DNA from: Lachnospiraceae bacterium | GTDB taxonomy: Bacteria > Bacillota > Clostridia > Lachnospirales > Lachnospiraceae | Assembly: GCA_017518735.1 (NCBI GenBank) | Contig: JAFWTY010000033.1 | Coordinates: forward strand, 35,165-99,164 | Length of the DNA: 64,000 nucleotides | Direction: 5' to 3' | Part shown: positions 17,009-26,116 of the stretch, piece after piece | How positions within the stretch are numbered: the first letter of the stretch is position 1 | Layout: every line of letters starts with the position of its first letter | The notes under the pieces: generated by a model | Database searches by the model: none | The model's input: the letters and a program-made list of their open reading frames with translations, nothing else | What the model was told of the DNA's origin: nothing | Position numbers and translations under genes: made by a program

Positions 17009-18223
17009 TTAACCCTGCATAAAGTAGGTAACTCCTTCAAGGAGTCTGATGAAAAAGTAAAAACCGCAATACATATGATATCCGAGCACTGCTCCCATTA
17101 CAGCCGCGTATAAGAGCCGAACGGTGAATGTTCCTTTTAAGAACGTACTGCTTCGAAGGTTATTCATAAAGTAAATAATGCTTACCACGAACAGTGCAAA
17201 CAAACAGAAATCATAACCCCATGCGAAATTACCATCTAGGATTCTGTCACCTGTTTCCTTCAAAAACAGAAGTTCAACCGCACCCACGCTCCACATTGAC
17301 CACGCCAGGATGAACGGGGTGTGTCTCGGAAAGTGTTTTTTGCGAAAATCCGAAATCGTCTGCTTACAAACCGGCACAATATTAAACAGAAAAATGAGTA
17401 CCGGAAAAAGCGCCGATAAAATCATTGTAAGATAAGGACGTTCCGCACGAAGATATACGTTATATCCAAACTCTATAACCACTCCGTTTCCGGTTTCTTC
17501 TCCGAAAAGAATCAGTTCCTGATACAGTACGATTGCCACAGAAGGAATCACGGATGCCGCAAGCAACAGGACTCTGCGAAGTGGAACTTTCCGAATCAGA
17601 TCGATAATCAGACCGACAAATGCAACCGGTGCGAGTACCAGAAGAAAACTCGTCTTGGTTGCGGTGGAAAGTGTCAAAAATACAACAAATAAAATCCATG
17701 ACTTCCAATCCGTTTTCCTTTTTTCCGAATGTGCATACCTTAAATAAAACACAAGTGAAAGAAGTGCAAAAAACTTCATCACGGTATAAGTGGAATTGTG
17801 CCAGATGGAAGGAGACTGATATCCGATATACCGTTCATAATGTACTGCCTTAACAAAAGCAGGCATTACAATGTTTGCTGCAACCGCCGTTCCCAGTGCG
17901 GACCATCTTCCAAACACAAATTTGCGAATGGCAAAATAAGTCGCAATCATGGTTCCGCCGGCAGCAATCGAAAGAAAAATCGCCACCCACACTTCATACA
18001 AAGGAAGACGCATGAAAAGACGGTAGATTACAGCCGTCAGAGAATAACCGGTTCCGTCCGCTGCCATCTTTAAATGAGCAGGAAGATCCGATTCAAAATA
18101 CTGGCCCTCTGCCCTGGCTGCCTGCATGTAGAACAAATAGGTGCAGGCAAGTGTATAACCGCCGAATACCAGGCCGGCAATGATAGAAAAAAGGATGTTT
18201 GATTTTCCGTTTTCCTTTTTCAT
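17009..18223 (-). CDS. polytopic membrane protein (GT-C-like or flippase candidate) translationally coupled to the ArnC-like GT2
   Basis: 404 aa, about 11 hydrophobic segments, FESD motif after TM1, ATGA overlap with 18220..19179. Confidence 0.55.
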   Translation of the reverse strand: MKKENGKSNILFSIIAGLVFGGYTLACTYLFYMQAARAEGQYFESDLPAHLKMAADGTGYSLTAVIYRLFMRLPLYEVWVAIFLSIAAGGTMIATYFAIRKFVFGRWSALGTAVAANIVMPAFVKAVHYERYIGYQSPSIWHNSTYTVMKFFALLSLVFYLRYAHSEKRKTDWKSWILFVVFLTLSTATKTSFLLVLAPVAFVGLIIDLIRKVPLRRVLLLAASVIPSVAIVLYQELILFGEETGNGVVIEFGYNVYLRAERPYLTMILSALFPVLIFLFNIVPVCKQTISDFRKKHFPRHTPFILAWSMWSVGAVELLFLKETGDRILDGNFAWGYDFCLFALFVVSIIYFMNNLRSSTFLKGTFTVRLLYAAVMGAVLGYHMYCGFYFFIRLLEGVTYFMQG

Positions 18224-19179
18224 TCTTCGTCCATTCCTTTATCTTTTGCCGGAATCAACTCACGAACAACATACTGCGGAGAATTATTCATGCAAAGATA
18301 CATTCTACCTACATACTCGCCAATCATTCCGAGCATCAGCATAATCATTCCGCCAATAAATACCAGCACGCTCATGAGAGCAGAGAATCCGGCCTGTACT
18401 TCAACCAGAATAATCTTCTTTATAATCGTATAGATACCATACAGGAAACCGCCGCATGCGCAAATGGTTCCGATCAGGGTCGCAATTCGAAGCGGTTTTA
18501 CCGAAAAGGCTGTAAAGCCGTTAAACCAAAGCGATAAGAGTTTGCTTAAAGTATATCCCGATTTTCCGACTTCTCTTGCGCGATGGTTCACTTCCACATT
18601 TGCTATGTTTTTGGTTGCTCGTAACACCAGACCGATAACGTAGGAGTACGGCTGCTCATAGCGGATCATATCGTCAACGATAAAACGTTTTGCTGCAAAG
18701 TAACTGGAAATGTAGAGTTCCTTCGGTTTATCCAGCATAATCCTGGTCATCATTTCATTTACTTTGCTACCCATGTTACGAAATCCGCTATGCTGCTTTT
18801 TTCCGTAGTATGCATAGCAGACATCATATCCTTCTTTCAGTTTGTCTAACAGCTTTCCAACCTCGTTTGCCGGTGTCTGTCCGTCATCATCGAGACAAAC
18901 CACAATATCACCGTCCGACGCACGTAGTCCGGCCATCAGTGCCGCATGCTGTCCAAAGTTTCTTGCCAGACCGATACCGGTAATAAACGGATACTTCTCA
19001 CAAAGAATACGAATGGTATTCATGGTTTGATCCGGAGAAGAATCATTCACGAGAATAATCTCATGTGTATACTCCGGCATGGTTTTCATTGTTTCATTGA
19101 TTTCTTCCACAACGGCTTCTATTGTTTTTTCCGAACGATAACACGGAATCACAAATGAAACTTTGCTGTTCATCTTCAT
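18220..19179 (-). CDS. ArnC-like GT2 polyprenyl-phosphate (amino)sugar transferase
   Basis: VSFVIPCYRSE, VNDSSPDQT, ARNFGQHAALMAG, LDDDGQTP. Two C-terminal TMs ending in IGEYVGRMY. Confidence 0.8.
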   Translation of the reverse strand: MKMNSKVSFVIPCYRSEKTIEAVVEEINETMKTMPEYTHEIILVNDSSPDQTMNTIRILCEKYPFITGIGLARNFGQHAALMAGLRASDGDIVVCLDDDGQTPANEVGKLLDKLKEGYDVCYAYYGKKQHSGFRNMGSKVNEMMTRIMLDKPKELYISSYFAAKRFIVDDMIRYEQPYSYVIGLVLRATKNIANVEVNHRAREVGKSGYTLSKLLSLWFNGFTAFSVKPLRIATLIGTICACGGFLYGIYTIIKKIILVEVQAGFSALMSVLVFIGGMIMLMLGMIGEYVGRMYLCMNNSPQYVVRELIPAKDKGMDEE

Positions 19180-19210
19180 TTCACTCTCCCTTTTCGTTTT
19201 CCTGCTTTGT

Positions 19211-19747
19211 TTACATTTCAGGATTTATCACTGCCATCAGTACAATATCTCTGTACGTTCCATTCACATATACATCACCATGAAGCAACGCTTCTCTCAC
19301 AAAACCGGCATTCTCATAACTCTTGATTGCCGCAACATTATCGGCATACACGCGTAAGAAAACACGGTGAAGATGCATTTTTTCAAATGCATATTGAACC
19401 ATCATCTTAGCCACTCTGCTTCCCACTTTTTTCCCTCTCGCTGAAGCTTCTCCGATGAAGATTCCGTATTCCGCTTTATGATGCACCGGATCGATATCTC
19501 TGTAGTAAACGCTTCCAACAGGCTGATATTCGTTGTTTTCATCCGGAATACAAATGATGAACTGTTTTGCCCTTCCGGCTTCCACCACACCTTTCAGCCA
19601 CTTCATATGGCTCTCCGGTGTGAACAAATTCTGATCGATAAAGTTTAAACGCACCGCATCACTGTTCCTCCAGCGAACGATATTCTCCGTATCCGCTTCA
19701 TCGATTTCTCTTAATAATATTCCGTTTTCCGTAATCTGTTCCTTCAT
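19211..19747 (-). CDS. GNAT family N-acetyltransferase (WecD/PseH-like sugar N-acetyltransferase candidate)
   Basis: Trimmed to the ATG at 19747 (ATGA overlap with the upstream stop). LREIDEADTENIVRWRN...AEYGIFIGE..ARGKKVG...NVAAIKSYENAGF is a GNAT fold signature. Confidence 0.75.
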   Translation of the reverse strand: MKEQITENGILLREIDEADTENIVRWRNSDAVRLNFIDQNLFTPESHMKWLKGVVEAGRAKQFIICIPDENNEYQPVGSVYYRDIDPVHHKAEYGIFIGEASARGKKVGSRVAKMMVQYAFEKMHLHRVFLRVYADNVAAIKSYENAGFVREALLHGDVYVNGTYRDIVLMAVINPEM

Positions 19748-21543
19748 TCCTGCTCCACTGTTCGAATTGCCAAAATCCATATTTCTTTTCCGGAAGGTAA
19801 TATTACCACGTCCTCTTGCGAAACCGTAACCGATATTCCCTGTCCCTCGTAGTATTCTTTGATCCAATCCGTTCCGTAATAATCATTTTCCACATAATAG
19901 GCGTTTTCATCCGTTCGTACGGAAACCCAGGTTTTGCTTCCGCCTCTGTTTTTTAAATAGTCTTCGTGAATCGGACTTTTTACAATCCATCCCCCCAAAC
20001 GGCAGAAATTGTTTTTTTCATATGTGGAAGAAGCAAACATTTTTTCTGCGTAATTGGAGAAAGATGATGTTTTTAAGTAATACGTATTCTGCGGATGTTC
20101 CGTAAAATATTCGTTCATTGCAGTCCAGTCCGCATCCCTTTCTTCCGTTTCCCGAAGAAGTAGTTTCGTATGATAAAACCGGGTTCCGGCAATCACAAGC
20201 AATGCAATCAATACAGACGTTGTGCCGACTCTGCAAATAATCTTTCCGCTCTTCGTTATGCCGGTATCATCGTTTTTCTCTTCAGGAGTTTTTTCCGGTT
20301 TCTTCCGATTGACTCCCGAGAAAAAGGTTCCCGCAAGGAACGCTATAATCAGCAGATACAAACCATATGAAACGCGTTCCGGAAATCTTCCGCGATATAT
20401 AAAATATCCGGAAAATGCCATCATATATAAAAATGCAACAACGCTGAAAACCAGTTCTTTATAGCTTTTTTTCCATATCAGAACAAGTAGCAATAGCAAA
20501 GTTCCAAGGAATAAGATCCACGCTGCCGGCCATAACGGATTCTCAAAAATCTTGGGAATCAGTTTTTTGATGATATACTTAATTGCCCATATTTTTGTTA
20601 ACGGCAACGCATTGTCATTTTCCCAGTATTTCCTGCTAAGTTCAGCCAGGCCTTCCATGCGGTCCGCATTATAGTCCTCAAAAAGACCTAAATCCCATTC
20701 ACTTAGAGGATACATGTCCGACTTACTGTAACCGAGTTCTTCATATTCCGCCTCTGCTCTTTCAAATGAAGGCAGATGATAATAATCATATATCTGAATA
20801 CGTTCCGAATGAATCTCCCGAAACGCTTTCCATTCATCGGAAGAATATGCCAGTTTTTCCGCTCCGAAAACAGCTAAAACCGAAACCGATATAATTAAAA
20901 ACAAAATGATCAATGACTTCTTTTTGCTTCGAAATCCCTGATATAAAAGCGCCAGCCCAAATACGGGAAGCACCATAAGAAACGCTTCCTGACGCAATAA
21001 CAGGCACAATACAATAGAACAGGTAATCACCACATAATCTGCAATCAGTTCGTTTTTTTTCGAAGTACGCAGTGTTGTCAGCCAAAAGATGCCAACCGCT
21101 CCGACAACTGCAGCCAGTATCGTATACTGATGAAGAACCAAGTATTGAAAATCCAAAACCAGTAACAATACTCCGGTTGCAACAACTCCTAAAACACGTT
21201 TCCATGTTTGTATCTCTTTGCTAAGATGGCATACTCTGACAAGAACCAGGAAATAGGCCAGAATGTGAATCAAACAAAGAAACAAATCATACCAGGGAAC
21301 ATTGCCGTTCAGTGCATACAGAGATTTCAACAGAAATCCCAGTAAAAACATCCCGTTTACAATGTGGGATTCCGGAAATCCGCTGATATCTCCGCTAAGC
21401 AGTGCTTTGATCATTACATCATCATTTGTTGTAAAACGCGGTCCGTAAAAAACAAGCGCAACAACCGCAGTCACGATGCAAAAAAGCAAGGCTGTAATAA
21501 GTGGAGCCATGTCGGGTTTTTCACGGTTTTTAAACAGTGCCAT
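19744..21543 (-). CDS. large polytopic membrane protein with C-terminal soluble domain (GT-C-like candidate)
   Basis: 599 aa. TTNDDVMIKAL acidic motif right after TM1. About 14 hydrophobic segments plus a soluble tail of about 150 aa. Confidence 0.6.
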   Translation of the reverse strand: MALFKNREKPDMAPLITALLFCIVTAVVALVFYGPRFTTNDDVMIKALLSGDISGFPESHIVNGMFLLGFLLKSLYALNGNVPWYDLFLCLIHILAYFLVLVRVCHLSKEIQTWKRVLGVVATGVLLLVLDFQYLVLHQYTILAAVVGAVGIFWLTTLRTSKKNELIADYVVITCSIVLCLLLRQEAFLMVLPVFGLALLYQGFRSKKKSLIILFLIISVSVLAVFGAEKLAYSSDEWKAFREIHSERIQIYDYYHLPSFERAEAEYEELGYSKSDMYPLSEWDLGLFEDYNADRMEGLAELSRKYWENDNALPLTKIWAIKYIIKKLIPKIFENPLWPAAWILFLGTLLLLLVLIWKKSYKELVFSVVAFLYMMAFSGYFIYRGRFPERVSYGLYLLIIAFLAGTFFSGVNRKKPEKTPEEKNDDTGITKSGKIICRVGTTSVLIALLVIAGTRFYHTKLLLRETEERDADWTAMNEYFTEHPQNTYYLKTSSFSNYAEKMFASSTYEKNNFCRLGGWIVKSPIHEDYLKNRGGSKTWVSVRTDENAYYVENDYYGTDWIKEYYEGQGISVTVSQEDVVILPSGKEIWILAIRTVEQE

Positions 21544-22663
21544 AGAACTCCTTCACGCACTTTATAATGTATTCCGTCTTTTCTTTTTCCAGATTGTAGT
21601 AAAGCGGCAGTCTGACAAGTCTCTCACTTTCCCGTGTCGTATACCTGTCTTCTCCTGCAAATCTTCCGAACTTTAATCCGGCAGGTGCAGAGTGAAGCGG
21701 TACATAGTGGAAAACAGCAAGAATGTCTTTCTCTTTTAAGAACGCAATCAGTTTTGTTCTCTCTTCCAAATCCGCTGCCTTAAAATAAAACATATGCGCA
21801 TTATGCGTACAATTCTCAGGGATGAAAGGAAGCTCGATTTTGCCTGCATCGGCAAGATCTTTCAATCCCTCGTAATATGTATTCCAAGTATTCATACGGT
21901 TTTCCGTAATCTCATTCGCAAGTTCGAGCTGCGCATACAGATATGCTGCATTCAATTCACTGGGAAGATAGGACGATCCCTTATCTACCCATGTATACTT
22001 ATCTATCTGACCGCGGAAGAACTTCGCACGGTTCGTTCCTTTTTCACGAATAATCTCGGCAGGCTCAATATTCTCCTCATCACGAATCAGCAATGCTCCG
22101 CCTTCTCCTATGGAAAAGTTCTTCGTTTCATGGAAGGAGAAGCATCCGAATTCTCCAAAGGTTCCGAGTGCTTTTCCCTTATAGGTCGACATGATACCCT
22201 GCGCAGCATCCTCAATCACCTTGAGATTGTGTTTTTGAGCAATGGCCATAATGGTATCCATTTCGCAACCGACTCCGGCATAATGAACCGGAACAATCGC
22301 CTTCGTTTTTTCGGTGATAGCCGCTTCAATCAAATTTTCATCGATGTTCATGGTATCCGGTCTGATATCCACAAAAACCGCAGTCGCACCGCGAAGCACA
22401 AAAGCATCCGCTGTCGATACAAACGTATAGGACGGCATGATTACCTCATCGCCCGGTTTGATATCGGCAAGGATTGCGGCAAGTTCCGTAGCATGGGTAC
22501 AGGATGTCGTAAGCAACGCTTTTTTCGTACCTGTCTTTTCTTCCAGCCACTGATTGCACTTAGCGGTAAACTCACCGTCTCCGCAAATCTTCTGGTTATT
22601 TACGGCCTTAATGATGTATTCTGTTTCTTTCCCGGTAAAGGGTGGTACATTAAATCGAATCAT
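21530..22663 (-). CDS. wecE: dTDP-4-amino-4,6-dideoxyhexose (Fuc4N-type) transaminase
   Basis: Collinear by eye with E. coli WecE from the first residues: MIRFNVPPFTG.E..YI......K.CGDG.F...C..WLE; PGDEVIMPSYTFVSTA.AFVLRGA; FSFHETKN; DKYTW.D.GSSY. Confidence 0.85.
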   Translation of the reverse strand: MIRFNVPPFTGKETEYIIKAVNNQKICGDGEFTAKCNQWLEEKTGTKKALLTTSCTHATELAAILADIKPGDEVIMPSYTFVSTADAFVLRGATAVFVDIRPDTMNIDENLIEAAITEKTKAIVPVHYAGVGCEMDTIMAIAQKHNLKVIEDAAQGIMSTYKGKALGTFGEFGCFSFHETKNFSIGEGGALLIRDEENIEPAEIIREKGTNRAKFFRGQIDKYTWVDKGSSYLPSELNAAYLYAQLELANEITENRMNTWNTYYEGLKDLADAGKIELPFIPENCTHNAHMFYFKAADLEERTKLIAFLKEKDILAVFHYVPLHSAPAGLKFGRFAGEDRYTTRESERLVRLPLYYNLEKEKTEYIIKCVKEFYGTV

Positions 22664-23600
22664 GGTGTCCTCCGGATTTTAAGTTTTTTGTTCTGTTTCG
22701 AATAATAAATCTCGGTCTTCCTTTTACTTCTTCATATATTCTTCCAAGATAATGTCCGATAATTCCAAGGCTGATCATAATACAGCCTCCGATAATCAGA
22801 AGAAGGAGAATGACCGTCGTAAATCCTTCTACTGCAATATCTAGGAAATAATTCACAAGGGTTTGAATTCCCAGGATCAGGGAAAAAACAATCATAACAG
22901 CTCCGACAATTGCAATCAGTTTCAGCGGTGCCGTAGTAAAGGAAGTCGTATTTGTAATGGCATACCTTACCAGTCCGCCAAAAGACCATTTGCTTTTTCC
23001 GTGAGCTCTTTCCTGTACATCGTATTCAACCTGCGTGGAACGGAAGCCGACCCAGAATGATAACGCACGGAAGAAGGTGTTGCTCTCATTCAGGCTAAGC
23101 AGGGCATCTACCACTTTGCGATCCAGTAATTTGAAATCCGAAGTGGCATTCATATCCATCTTCATCAAACTGCTCATGATTCCGTAGAAGATTCCGGAAA
23201 ACATTTTATAAAAAATGTTTTCTCTTCCTCTCGAAGACTTGATTCCTTCTATGACCTCATATCCCTCTTCCCAAAGTCTGTACATTTCCACAAGTGTTTT
23301 GGGCGGATGCTGCAGATCACAGTCGATTACGGAAACACAGTCTCCGCTTGCCGCGGAAAGGCCGGCAAAAATAGCTGCCTCTTTTCCGAAGTTTCTGGAA
23401 AACTGAATTCCTTTAATCCTTTCATCTTCTTCCGACAGTTTTTCAATCATGTCAAAAGTTCCGTCTTTTGATCCGTCGGAAACAAAGACCAGTTCATAAG
23501 GAATCTGCTCTTCCCTTAAAATATCGCCTATGGTTTTTGCGGTATTCACGATGTTTTCCTCCTCGTTATAAGAAGGAATTACAATTGACATAGTCCCCAT
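22650..23600 (-). CDS. GtrB-like GT2 polyprenyl-phosphate glycosyltransferase
   Basis: SD AAAGGAGAG. IPSYNEEENI, VSDGSKDGT, FSRNFGKEAAIFAGL, DCDLQHPP. Two C-terminal TMs ending in IGHYLGRIY. Confidence 0.85.
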   Translation of the reverse strand: MGTMSIVIPSYNEEENIVNTAKTIGDILREEQIPYELVFVSDGSKDGTFDMIEKLSEEDERIKGIQFSRNFGKEAAIFAGLSAASGDCVSVIDCDLQHPPKTLVEMYRLWEEGYEVIEGIKSSRGRENIFYKMFSGIFYGIMSSLMKMDMNATSDFKLLDRKVVDALLSLNESNTFFRALSFWVGFRSTQVEYDVQERAHGKSKWSFGGLVRYAITNTTSFTTAPLKLIAIVGAVMIVFSLILGIQTLVNYFLDIAVEGFTTVILLLLIIGGCIMISLGIIGHYLGRIYEEVKGRPRFIIRNRTKNLKSGGHHDSI

Positions 23601-23611
23601 TGTTCTCTCCT

Positions 23612-25174
23612 TTATTCCCGGGTATCTCTGCCTTCGGGCGGCTCTGTTTTAATATACATAATACCGTCCACTATTTTTATGCTGTCTTTTGCAGGGAAGG
23701 AATCCATCTCCCTGTATGCATCGGAATTGTAAATATCTATAATCGTTTCACTGTCCGTAATTACGTTGAGGCTGAAATTGAGATAGTGTTCCATGAATGC
23801 CTGGTACTGTTCTCCTTTATAAATCAGCATATCTCCGGTGGTCCCGGAAATACGTTCCGTTACATCACCTGTAATATCGGTAACCGGGTACTTTTCTTCA
23901 TCCAGCACACCGATCATCATCACGGGGATACCGGTATAATATCCTTCCGTCTGTTCAATTCGGTCAGCCAGTCTGACACAGTATGCATACGTTTTTTCAT
24001 AGCGCTCATTCATGTTGAAATACGCAATATTGTCGGCAAGAATAAACTGCCAGATTAACAGTACTCCGCCTAGAAGACCTGCCGCACCTATGAAAAACGA
24101 AGGTCTTGCTTTACGAGTTTCCCCTTTCGGCATTCGGTCAATCAGACAAAGCGCAAAAATGGGGAAGAGCCCCCATTGCATTCTCATCAGCAAATGATAA
24201 TAAGCCTCCGAGGAAATCAGGATAATCACATTGGTTCCAATCGGAATGATTGCTACAAATACAACAACAAGAAGTGATAAATACCACTTCTTAATTGCTT
24301 TCGTATGCACAAATAAGGTTACCAGGCAAAGCAAGGAAACCCCGAATAATAATACCACAGCAATATAAGAAAATCCATTTGTAAGGAAGATTCTGCCGTT
24401 TCGAAGGAATCCGAAAAAGTCCTTGATTGCTCCCACAATCATTCCCGGCATGGAGGATACGGAGACTTTTCCCATGTTATTGATTCCCTGATAGGTATCC
24501 AGCACTTTTCCCTGTGCCTTTAAACAGATTTGGAGAATCACATAATACAGAATTCCCCCGAGTGCTCCCATCGCAAAATACTTCACTCCCCGGATTAGGA
24601 TAGCCTTTATTTTTTCATTCTGAGCACACATCAGAATCAGATCGAAGAGACAAAGCAGGATGGTCGCTGCCAGATACGCCTGATAGGTTCCGAGACTTAA
24701 ACTGAGTGCAATCGCCCCAAGTGCCCATCCGGTTTTATTCATCTTTTTCGTAAGATAAACCGCAAGTACGGCAAAGAAGAATCCAAGGAAGTAACCGTCT
24801 GCCGTATACATATAAGCATAGGTTGCCGTAACCGCAGGGAATGTCACGAGTGTAGCTGCGATTAATCCCATTACCGTCTTGCTCTTGATTTCCAGAATCC
24901 GAACAAGGACAACTGCTGCCAATGCAAAATAGAGAATCGACAATAGCCCGTTGATCCACTTTAAATCAAAGAAGGACGAAATACCGCAGGCTACCGTCAG
25001 AAACCATCTGCCGCTTGTGACCATGTTCTGATCAAAGTAGAAACTGGTCATTGCATCCGAATTTGGAAAGTTATGTATCATAACCGGAAAATGTGTCAGT
25101 ATTCCGACTACAATAGTAGTCCAAAACGGAACAGTTATATTCGGTTGTTTCATTTTTTCAAGAAACTTTGACAT
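23612..25174 (-). CDS. GtrII-type (Glucos_trans_II-like) polytopic glucosyltransferase
   Basis: N-terminus ...FWTTIVVGILTHFPVMIHNFPNSDAMTSFYFDQNMVTSGRW matches the serotype-converting Gtr glucosyltransferase family pattern. Lies directly downstream of a GtrB homolog. Confidence 0.7.
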   Translation of the reverse strand: MSKFLEKMKQPNITVPFWTTIVVGILTHFPVMIHNFPNSDAMTSFYFDQNMVTSGRWFLTVACGISSFFDLKWINGLLSILYFALAAVVLVRILEIKSKTVMGLIAATLVTFPAVTATYAYMYTADGYFLGFFFAVLAVYLTKKMNKTGWALGAIALSLSLGTYQAYLAATILLCLFDLILMCAQNEKIKAILIRGVKYFAMGALGGILYYVILQICLKAQGKVLDTYQGINNMGKVSVSSMPGMIVGAIKDFFGFLRNGRIFLTNGFSYIAVVLLFGVSLLCLVTLFVHTKAIKKWYLSLLVVVFVAIIPIGTNVIILISSEAYYHLLMRMQWGLFPIFALCLIDRMPKGETRKARPSFFIGAAGLLGGVLLIWQFILADNIAYFNMNERYEKTYAYCVRLADRIEQTEGYYTGIPVMMIGVLDEEKYPVTDITGDVTERISGTTGDMLIYKGEQYQAFMEHYLNFSLNVITDSETIIDIYNSDAYREMDSFPAKDSIKIVDGIMYIKTEPPEGRDTRE

Positions 25175-25189
25175 ATCTCTTTAAACTTT

Positions 25190-26116
25190 CTATTTCTTCT
25201 CTCGAATAATATATATGGGACGACCTTTGATCTCATTGTATGCCTTGGCAAGATACATACCGATGATTCCGCTTACAAACAACTGCAATCCGGCAAAGAA
25301 TGTAATCATGCAGGCAAGTGAAGGCCAACCGATTACAGGATCTCCGAATATCAACGCCCTGATAAACAGAAAGATTAACAAAACCAGTGCGACAAAGCAG
25401 AAGAACAGTCCCACAAACGAAGCCCATTCAAGAGGCGCTGTGGAAAATGCAACCATTCCTTCCAGGGAATAACGGAATAAGGAAAAGAATGACCACTTTG
25501 TCTTTCCCGCTACTCTTTCTCTGTTTTCAAAATCAATCCACTTGGTCTGAAATCCGACCCAGCCGAAAATACCCTTGGAAAAGCGATGGTACTCTTTCAT
25601 GGAGAGGATAGCATCCACCATAACACGCTTCATGAAACGATAATCTCTTGCGCCGTCCATCATATTTAACTTCGCCATTTTGTTCATGATCCGGTAAAAC
25701 GCTCTTGCGAATGCGGAACGGATAATCGGCTCACCTTTCCGGTCGATTCTTCTGGTAGCGGCACAGTCATATCCTTCCTCTTTTACCGCCCTGTACATTT
25801 CCGGCAGAAGCTCGGGAGGATCCTGCAAATCCGCATCCATTATCACAACATAATCTCCTGTTGCTTCCGAAAGTCCTGCGAACATAGCAGCTTCTTTTCC
25901 GAAGTTTCTGGAAAAAGAAACATAATGAACCTTTTCGTCTTTTGACGCCAGTTCACGCATTACTTCCAGTGTTCTATCTCTGCTTCCGTCATCAACAAAA
26001 AGGTATTCAAATTCCAATTCCGTCATGGTAGAAACCGTTTTTTCGGTTTCTTCGTAAAATAACGGAAGCGCCTCCTCTTCGTTATAACAAGGAACTATTA
26101 TCGTACATTTTTCCAT
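25190..26116 (-). CDS. gtrB: bactoprenol glucosyltransferase-like GT2
   Basis: VPCYNEEEALP, VDDGSRDRT, FSRNFGKEAAMFAGL, DADLQDPP. Two C-terminal TMs ending in IGMYLAKAY. Confidence 0.85.
   Translation of the reverse strand: MEKCTIIVPCYNEEEALPLFYEETEKTVSTMTELEFEYLFVDDGSRDRTLEVMRELASKDEKVHYVSFSRNFGKEAAMFAGLSEATGDYVVIMDADLQDPPELLPEMYRAVKEEGYDCAATRRIDRKGEPIIRSAFARAFYRIMNKMAKLNMMDGARDYRFMKRVMVDAILSMKEYHRFSKGIFGWVGFQTKWIDFENRERVAGKTKWSFFSLFRYSLEGMVAFSTAPLEWASFVGLFFCFVALVLLIFLFIRALIFGDPVIGWPSLACMITFFAGLQLFVSGIIGMYLAKAYNEIKGRPIYIIREKK

Noticed and set aside
21053-21060. An A8/T8 homopolymer inside the 19744..21543 gene, and other 7-8 nt runs, as phase-variation sites.
   Set aside because: The runs are short, the ORFs are intact, and A/T runs of this length are expected at this base composition. 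There is no evidence of slippage.
21794-22705. Long plus-strand ORFs antisense to well-supported genes: 21794..22705 (303 aa, opposite wecE), 32494..33315 (273 aa, opposite a GT2), 54679..55419 (246 aa, opposite murF), 52598..53251 (217 aa, opposite pyrK) and 735..1268 (177 aa).
   Set aside because: Each lies entirely within or opposite a gene with strong family motifs. Their translations are low-complexity (rich in R, F, I, C and S), have no recognisable motif and have no SD. They are typical shadow ORFs.
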